From Auanema rhodensis (Eukaryota; Animalia; Nematoda): 64,000 nucleotides of DNA. Numbering within the stretch: position 1 is the stretch's first letter; the number at the start of each line of letters is the position of its first letter. Shown here piece by piece: positions 56,701 to 64,000 of this stretch. The translations under genes and the position numbers were made by a program. Under the pieces are notes generated by a model that was not told where the DNA came from, made no database searches, and saw only the letters and a program-made list of their open reading frames with translations. Location of the stretch: positions 1,364,001 to 1,428,000 of the forward strand of contig OZ059900.1 of NCBI GenBank assembly GCA_964057225.1. Direction: 5' to 3'.

Positions 56701-58500
56701 GAAAGAATTTTTGAACTTTCCGAGTTTTGAGTCTAATTTGGCTAAATCGCTCATTTATATGATCAAAAGCATAGTTTTACTGTCTATGATAACAAAAGTC
56801 TTCAAATATACACTAATAATGTGTAAATCACTGAATTTCACTCAAATAGCTTTACTACACTAAGTATGGTCGTTTTTATGCCTTTAACACCATATACTCA
56901 CCGATTTTTGGTACAAAATCTGTAATACTCGTAAATTTCGATCATATTCGTTAAGATTCGAGAATCAAACACACAATACACGAAATAAGTTTATTTTTAC
57001 CAGTTTGCACTGATATTTATTCATTTTGATCAAAAAAGGTCGAAAATAGAAAGAATTTTTGAATTTTCCGAGTTTTGAGTCCAATTGGGCTAAATCGCTC
57101 ATATATATGATCAAAAGCATAGTTTCACTGTCTATGTTAACAAAAGTCTTCAAATATACACTAGTAATGATTAAATCACTGAATTTCACTCAAATAGCTT
57201 TACTACACTAAGTATGGTCGTTTTTATGCCTTTAACACCATATACTCACCGATTTTTGGTACAAAATCTGTAATACTCGTAATATTTGATCATATCCGTT
57301 AAGATTCGAGAATCAAACACACAATACACGAAATAAGTTTATTTTTACGAGTTTGCACTGATATTTATTCATTTTGATCAAAAAAGGTCGAAAATAGAAA
57401 GAATTTTTGAATTTTCCGAGTTTTGAGTCCAATTGGGCTAAATCGCTCATATATATGATCAAAAGCATAGTTTCACTGTCTATGATAACAAAAGTCTTCA
57501 AATATACACTAGTAATGATTAAATCACTGAATTTCACTCAAATAGCATTACTACACTAAGTATGGTCGTTTTTATGCCTTTAACACCATATACTCACCGA
57601 TTTTTGGTACAAAATCTGTAATACTTGTAAATTTTGATCATATTCGTTAAGATTTGAGAATCAAACACATAATACACGAAATAAGTCTTTTTTTACAAGT
57701 TTGCACTGATATTTATTCATTTTGATCAAAAAAGGTCGAAAATAGAAAGAATTTTTGAAATTTCCGAGTTTTGAGTCCAATTTGGCTAAATCGCTCATAT
57801 ATATGATCAAATGCATAGTTCTATTGTCTATAACAACAAAAGTCTTTAATTAAACGCTAGTGATGTTTTAATACTGAATTTCACTCAAATAGCATTACTA
57901 CACTAAGTATGGTCGTTTTTATGCCTTTAACACCATATACTCACCGATTTTTGGTACAAAATCTGTAATACTTGTAAATTTTGATCATATTTGTTAAGAT
58001 TCGAAAATCAAACACACAATACACGAAATAAGTTTATTTTTACAAGTTTGCACTGATATTTATTCATTTTGATCAAAAAAGGTCGAAAATAGAAAGAATT
58101 TTTGAAATTTCCGAGTTTTGAGTCTAATTTGGCTAAATCGCTCATATATATGATCAGAAGCATAAGTGTATTGTCTATGACAACAAAAGTCATTAATTAA
58201 ACGCTAGTGATGTTTAAATACTGAATTTCGCTCAAATAGCACTACTACACTAAGTATGGTCGTTTTTATGCCTTTAACACCATATACTCACCGATTTTTG
58301 GTACAAAATCTGTAATACTCGTAAATTTTGATCATATTCGTTCAGATTTGAGAATCAAACATACAATACACAAGATGAATCTATTTTTATGAGCTTGCAC
58401 TGATATATATTCATTTTGATCAAAAAAGGTCGAAAATAGAAAGAATTTTTGAACTTTCCGAGTTTTGAGTCTAATTTGGCTAAATCGCTCATTTATATGA
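50708..58500 (+). repeat. C-E-F-G-H pentameric HOR (1738 bp), interrupted once by D-K-A-B (53836-55226)
   Basis: C monomers at 50708/52446 and 55227/56965 (both +1738). Diagnostics: E 'atatccgttaag', F 'gttctattgt', G 'gcataagtgtatt', H 'cgttcagatt..caagatgaat..gaactttcc'. Confidence 0.88.
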
Positions 58501-59397
58501 TCAGAAGCATAGTTTTATTGTCTATGACAACAAAAGTCATCAATTAAACGCTAGTGATGTTTAAATACTGATTTTCGCTCAAATAGCATTACTACACTAA
58601 GTATGGTCGTTTTTATGCCTTTAACACCATATACTCACCGATTTTTGGTACAAAATCTGTAGTACTTGTAAATTTTGATCATATTCGTTAAGATTCGAGA
58701 ATCAAACACATAATACACGAAATAAGTCTAGTTTTATGAGTTTGCACTGATATTTATTCATTTTGATCAAAAAAGGTCGAAAATAGAAAGAATTTTTGAA
58801 TTTTCCGAGTTTTGAGTCCAATTGGGCTAAATCTCTCATATATATGATCAAAAGCATAGTTTTACTGTCTATGATAACAAAAGTCTTCAAATATACACTA
58901 ATAATGTGTAAATCATTGAATTTCACTCAAATAGCATTACTACACTAAGTATGGTCGTTTTTATGCCTTTAACACCATATACTCACCGATTTTTGGTACA
59001 AAATCTGTAATACTTGTAAATTTTGATCATATTCGTTAAGATTCGAGAATCAAACACATAATACACGAAATAAGTCTAGTTTTATGAGTTTGCACTGATA
59101 TTTATTCATTTTGATCAAAAAAGGTCGAAAATAGAAAGAATTTTTGAATTTTCCGAGTTTTGAGTCCAATTGGGCTAAATCTCTCATATATATGATCAAA
59201 AGCATAGTTTTACTGTCTATGATAACAAAAGTCTTCAAATATACACTAATAATGTGTAAATCACTGAATTTCACTCAAATAGCATTACTACACTAAGTAT
59301 GGTCGTTTTTATGCCTTTAACACCATATACTCACCGATTTTTGGTACAAAATCTGTAATACTTGTAAATTTTGATCATATTCGTTAAGATTCGAGAA

Positions 59398-62300
59398 TCA
59401 AACACATAATACACAAAATAAGTCTATTTTTATGAGTTTGCACTGATATTTATTCATTTTGATCAAAAAAGGTCGAAAATAGAAAGAATTTTTGAAATTT
59501 CCGAGTTTTGAGTCTAATTTGGCTAAATCGCTCATATATATGATCAGAAGCATAGTTTTATTGTCTATGACAACAAAAATCATCAATTAAACGCTAGTGA
59601 TGTTTAAATACTGATTTTCGCTCAAATAGCATTACTACACTAAGTATGGTCGTTTTTATGCCTTTAACACCATATACTCACCGATTTTTGGTACAAAATC
59701 TGTAATACTCGTAAATTTTGATCATATTCGTTAAGATTTGAGAATCAAACATACAATACACAAAATCAGTCTATTTTTATGAGCTTGCACTGATATATAT
59801 TCATTTTGATCAAAAAAGGTCGAAAATAGAAAGAATTTTTGAAATTTCCGAGTTTTGAGTCTAATTTGGCTAAATCGCTCATATATATGATCAAAAGCAT
59901 AGTTTTACTGTCTATGATAACAAAAGTCTTCAAATATACACTAATAATGATTAAATCACTGAATTTCAGTCAAATAGCATTACTACACTAAGTATGGTCG
60001 TTTTTATGCCTTTAACACCATATACTCACCGATTTTTGGTACAAAATCTGTAATACTTGTAAATTTTGATCATATTTGTTAAGATTCGAGAATCAAACAC
60101 ATAATACACGAAATAAGTCTATTTTTACAAGTTTGCACTGATATTTATTCATTTTGATCAAAAAAGGTCGAAAATAGAAAGAATTTTTGAAATTTCCGAG
60201 TTTTGAGTCCAATTTGGCTAAATCGCTCATATATAAGATCAAAAGCATAGTTTTATTGTCTATAACAACAAAAGTCATCAATTAAACGCTAGTGATATTT
60301 AAATACTGATTTTCGCTCAAGTAGCATTACTACACTAAGTATGGTCGTTTTTATGCCTTTAACACCATATACTCACCGATTTTTGGTACAAAATCTGTAA
60401 TACTTGTAAATTTTGATCATATTCGTTAAGATTTGAGAATCAAACATACAATACACAAAATCAGTCTATTTTTATGAGTTTGCACTGATATATATTCATT
60501 TTGATCAAAAAAGGTCGAAAATAGAAAGAATTTTTGAATTTTCCGAGTTTTGAGTCCAATTGGGCTAAATCGCTCATATATATAATCAAAAGCATAGTTT
60601 TACTGTCTATGATAACAAAAGTCATCAATTAAACGCTAGTGATGTTTAAATACTGATTTTCGCTCAAATAGCATTACTACACTAAGTATGGTCGTTTTTA
60701 TGCCTTTAACACCATATACTCACCGATTTTTGGTACAAAATCTGTAATACTCGTAAAATTTGATCATATTTGTTAAGATTTGAGAATCAAACACACAATA
60801 CACAAAATCAGTCTATTTTTATGAGTTTACACTGATATATATTCATTTTCATCAAAAAAGGTCGAAAATAGAAAGAATTTTTGAATTTTCCGAGTTTTGA
60901 GTCGAATTGGGCTAAATCGCTCATATATATGATCAAAAGCATAGTTTTACTGTCTATGATAACAAAAGTCTTCAAATATACACTAATAATGATTAAATCA
61001 CTGAATTTCACTCAAATAGCATTACTACACTAAGTATGGTCGTTTTTATGCCTTTAACACCATATACTCACCGATTTTTGGTACAAAATCTGTAATACTT
61101 GTAAATTTTGATCATATTTGTTAAGATTCGAGAATCAAACACATAATACACAAAATAAGTCTATTTTTATGAGTTTGCACTGATATTTATTCATTTTGAT
61201 CAAAAAAGGTCGAAAATAGAAAGAATTTTTGAAATTTCCGAGTTTTGAGTCTAATTTGGCTAAATCGCTCATATATATGATCAGAAGCATAGTTTTATTG
61301 TCTATGACAACAAAAATCATCAATTAAACGCTAGTGATGTTTAAATACTGATTTTCGCTCAAATAGCATTACTACACTAAGTATGGTCGTTTTTATGCCT
61401 TTAACACCATATACTCACCGATTTTTGGTACAAAATCTGTAATACTCGTAAATTTTGATCATATTCGTTAAGATTTGAGAATCAAACATACAATACACAA
61501 AATCAGTCTATTTTTATGAGCTTGCACTGATATATATTCATTTTGATCAAAAAAGGTCGAAAATAGAAAGAATTTTTGAAATTTCCGAGTTTTGAGTCTA
61601 ATTTGGCTAAATCGCTCATATATATGATCAAAAGCATAGTTTTACTGTCTATGATAACAAAAGTCTTCAAATATACACTAATAATGATTAAATCACTGAA
61701 TTTCAGTCAAATAGCATTACTACACTAAGTATGGTCGTTTTTATGCCTTTAACACCATATACTCACCGATTTTTGGTACAAAATCTGTAATACTTGTAAA
61801 TTTTGATCATATTTGTTAAGATTCGAGAATCAAACACATAATACACAAAATAAGTCTATTTTTATGAGTTTGCACTGATATTTATTCATTTTGATCAAAA
61901 AAGGTCGAAAATAGAAAGAATTTTTGAAATTTCCGAGTTTTGAGTCCAATTTGGCTAAATCGCTCATATATAAGATCAAAAGCATAGTTTTATTGTCTAT
62001 AACAACAAAAGTCATCAATTAAACGCTAGTGATATTTAAATACTGATTTTCGCTCAAGTAGCATTACTACACTAAGTATGGTCGTTTTTATGCCTTTAAC
62101 ACCATATACTCACCGATTTTTGGTACAAAATCTGTAATACTTGTAAATTTTGATCATATTCGTTAAGATTTGAGAATCAAACATACAATACACAAAATCA
62201 GTCTATTTTTATGAGTTTGCACTGATATATATTCATTTTGATCAAAAAAGGTCGAAAATAGAAAGAATTTTTGAATTTTCCGAGTTTTGAGTCCAATTGG

Positions 62301-64000
62301 GCTAAATCGCTCATATATATAATCAAAAGCATAGTTTTACTGTCTATGATAACAAAAGTCATCAATTAAACGCTAGTGATGTTCAAATACTGATTTTCGC
62401 TCAAATAGCATTACTACACTAAGTATGGTCGTTTTTATGCCTTTAACACCATATACTCACCGATTTTTGGTACAAAATCTGTAATACTCGTAAAATTTGA
62501 TCATATTTGTTAAGATTTGAGAATCAAACACACAATACACAAAATCAGTCTATTTTTATGAGTTTACACTGATATATATTCATTTTCATCAAAAAAGGTC
62601 GAAAATAGAAAGAATTTTTGAATTTTCCGAGTTTTGAGTCGAATTGGGCTAAATCGCTCATATATATGATCAAAAGCATAGTTTTACTGTCTATGATAAC
62701 AAAAGTCTTCAAATATACACTAATAATGATTAAATCACTGAATTTCACTCAAATAGCATTACTACACTAAGTATGGTCGTTTTTATGCCTTTAACACCAT
62801 ATACTCACCGATTTTTGGTACAAAATCTGTAATACTTGTAAATTTTGATCATATTTGTTAAGATTTGAGAATCAAACATACAATACACAAAATCAGTCTA
62901 TTTTTATGAGTTTGCACTGATATATATTCATTTTGATCAAAAAAGGTCGAAAATAGAAAGAATTTTTGAATTTTCCGAGTTTTGAGTCCAATTGGGCTAA
63001 ATCGCTCATATATATAATCAAAAGCATAGTTTTACTGTCTATGATAACAAAAGTCATCAATTAAACGCTAGTGATGTTCAAATACTGATTTTCGCTCAAA
63101 TAGCATTACTACACTAAGTATGGTCGTTTTTATGCCTTTAACACCATATACTCACCGATTTTTGGTACAAAATCTGTAATACTCGTAAAATTTGATCATA
63201 TTTGTTAAGATTTGAGAATCAAACACACAATACACAAAATCAGTCTATTTTTATGAGTTTACACTGATATATATTCATTTTCATCAAAAAAGGTCGAAAA
63301 TAGAAAGAATTTTTGAATTTTCCGAGTTTTGAGTCGAATTGGGCTAAATCGCTCATATATATGATCAAAAGCATAGTTTTACTGTCTATGATAACAAAAG
63401 TCTTCAAATATACACTAATAATGATTAAATCACTGAATTTCACTCAAATAGCATTACTACACTAAGTATGGTCGTTTTTATGCCTTTAACACCATATACT
63501 CACCGATTTTTGGTACAAAATCTGTAATACTTGTAAATTTTGATCATATTTGTTAAGATTCGAGAATCAAACACATAATACACAAAATAAGTCTATTTTT
63601 ATGAGTTTGCACTGATATTTATTCATTTTGATCAAAAAAGGTCGAAAATAGAAAGAATTTTTGAAATTTCCGAGTTTTGAGTCTAATTTGGCTAAATCGC
63701 TCATATATATGATCAGAAGCATAGTTTTATTGTCTATGACAACAAAAATCATCAATTAAACGCTAGTGATGTTTAAATACTGATTTTCGCTCAAATAGCA
63801 TTACTACACTAAGTATGGTCGTTTTTATGCCTTTAACACCATATACTCACCGATTTTTGGTACAAAATCTGTAATACTCGTAAATTTTGATCATATTCGT
63901 TAAGATTTGAGAATCAAACATACAATACACAAAATCAGTCTATTTTTATGAGCTTGCACTGATATATATTCATTTTGATCAAAAAAGGTCGAAAATAGAA
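59398..64000 (+). repeat. Distinct pentameric HOR subfamily P-Q-R-S-T (1737 bp) with an extra S-T dimer (695 bp)
   Basis: ORF offsets 59398/61135, 60093/61830 and 60808/62545 are all 1737; 63240-62545 = 695. Private variants: 'gtcgaattgg', 'cattttcatc', 'agtttacact', 'tttcagtcaa', 'cgtaaaattt'. Confidence 0.88.

Larger units (their letters stand above)
1..64000 (+). repeat. AT-rich tandem satellite DNA array, 347/348-bp monomer, ~184 copies, head-to-tail, open at both window ends
   Basis: The motif 'ttaacaccatatactcaccgatttttggtacaaaatctgt' recurs every 347 or 348 bp throughout (e.g. 1521, 1869). ORF-track stops step by 347/348 (560, 907; 1602, 1950, 2297). I saw no unique sequence and no inverted monomers. 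Confidence 0.99.

Noticed and set aside
560-63755. Over a hundred minus-strand ORFs of 61-101 aa (MKFSDL.../MMTFV...)
   Set aside because: They are the same satellite frame repeated. Many start at GTG/TTG, and many copies are frameshifted by the 347/348 indel or truncated by stops. The low-complexity F/L/I/K/N composition is what AT-rich DNA gives, and there is no recognisable domain.
1-64000. CRISPR-like array or variable-cassette system (conserved boxes alternating with variable segments)
   Set aside because: The variable segments are homologous alleles differing by SNPs, not unique spacers. There are no cas, recombinase or reverse transcriptase genes.
1-64000. 5S rDNA, tRNA or snRNA tandem gene cluster; telomeric repeats
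   Set aside because: No recognisable RNA gene sequence or Pol III A/B/C boxes at ~30% GC, and no TTAGGG/TTTAGGG/TTAGG tracts seen.
1-64000. Drosophila 1.688 (359-bp) or primate alpha satellite identity
   Set aside because: Monomer length differs and I could not match their characteristic motifs from memory; a BLAST search is needed to exclude them formally.

Overview
The whole 64-kb window is one uninterrupted head-to-tail satellite DNA array of about 184 monomers of 347/348 bp. It is AT-rich (about 30% GC in one hand-counted monomer) and all copies lie in the same orientation. I see no genes, RNA genes, transposon insertions or CRISPR; the ORF track is an artefact of one repeated stop-free frame. 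This is typical eukaryotic heterochromatic (centromeric, pericentromeric or subtelomeric) satellite, and I cannot identify the species or family from sequence alone. The structure of interest is at several scales: (1) each monomer is a cryptic diverged dimer of ~169 + ~179 bp subunits, with conserved boxes at equivalent positions in both halves; (2) about a dozen monomer types form local 2-, 3-, 5- and 13-mer higher-order repeats (HORs); (3) a recent 38/35-monomer (13.2/12.2 kb) tandem duplication; (4) a single out-of-register 794-bp duplication that shifts the array phase by 98 bp at 46577/46578; (5) symmetric layering of variants around the centre; (6) a sharp switch to a different HOR subfamily at ~58.6 kb. 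Monomer letters (A-H, K-N, P-T) are my own labels, and monomer positions are given at the 'tcaaaca' motif, which is the ORF-track stop position.
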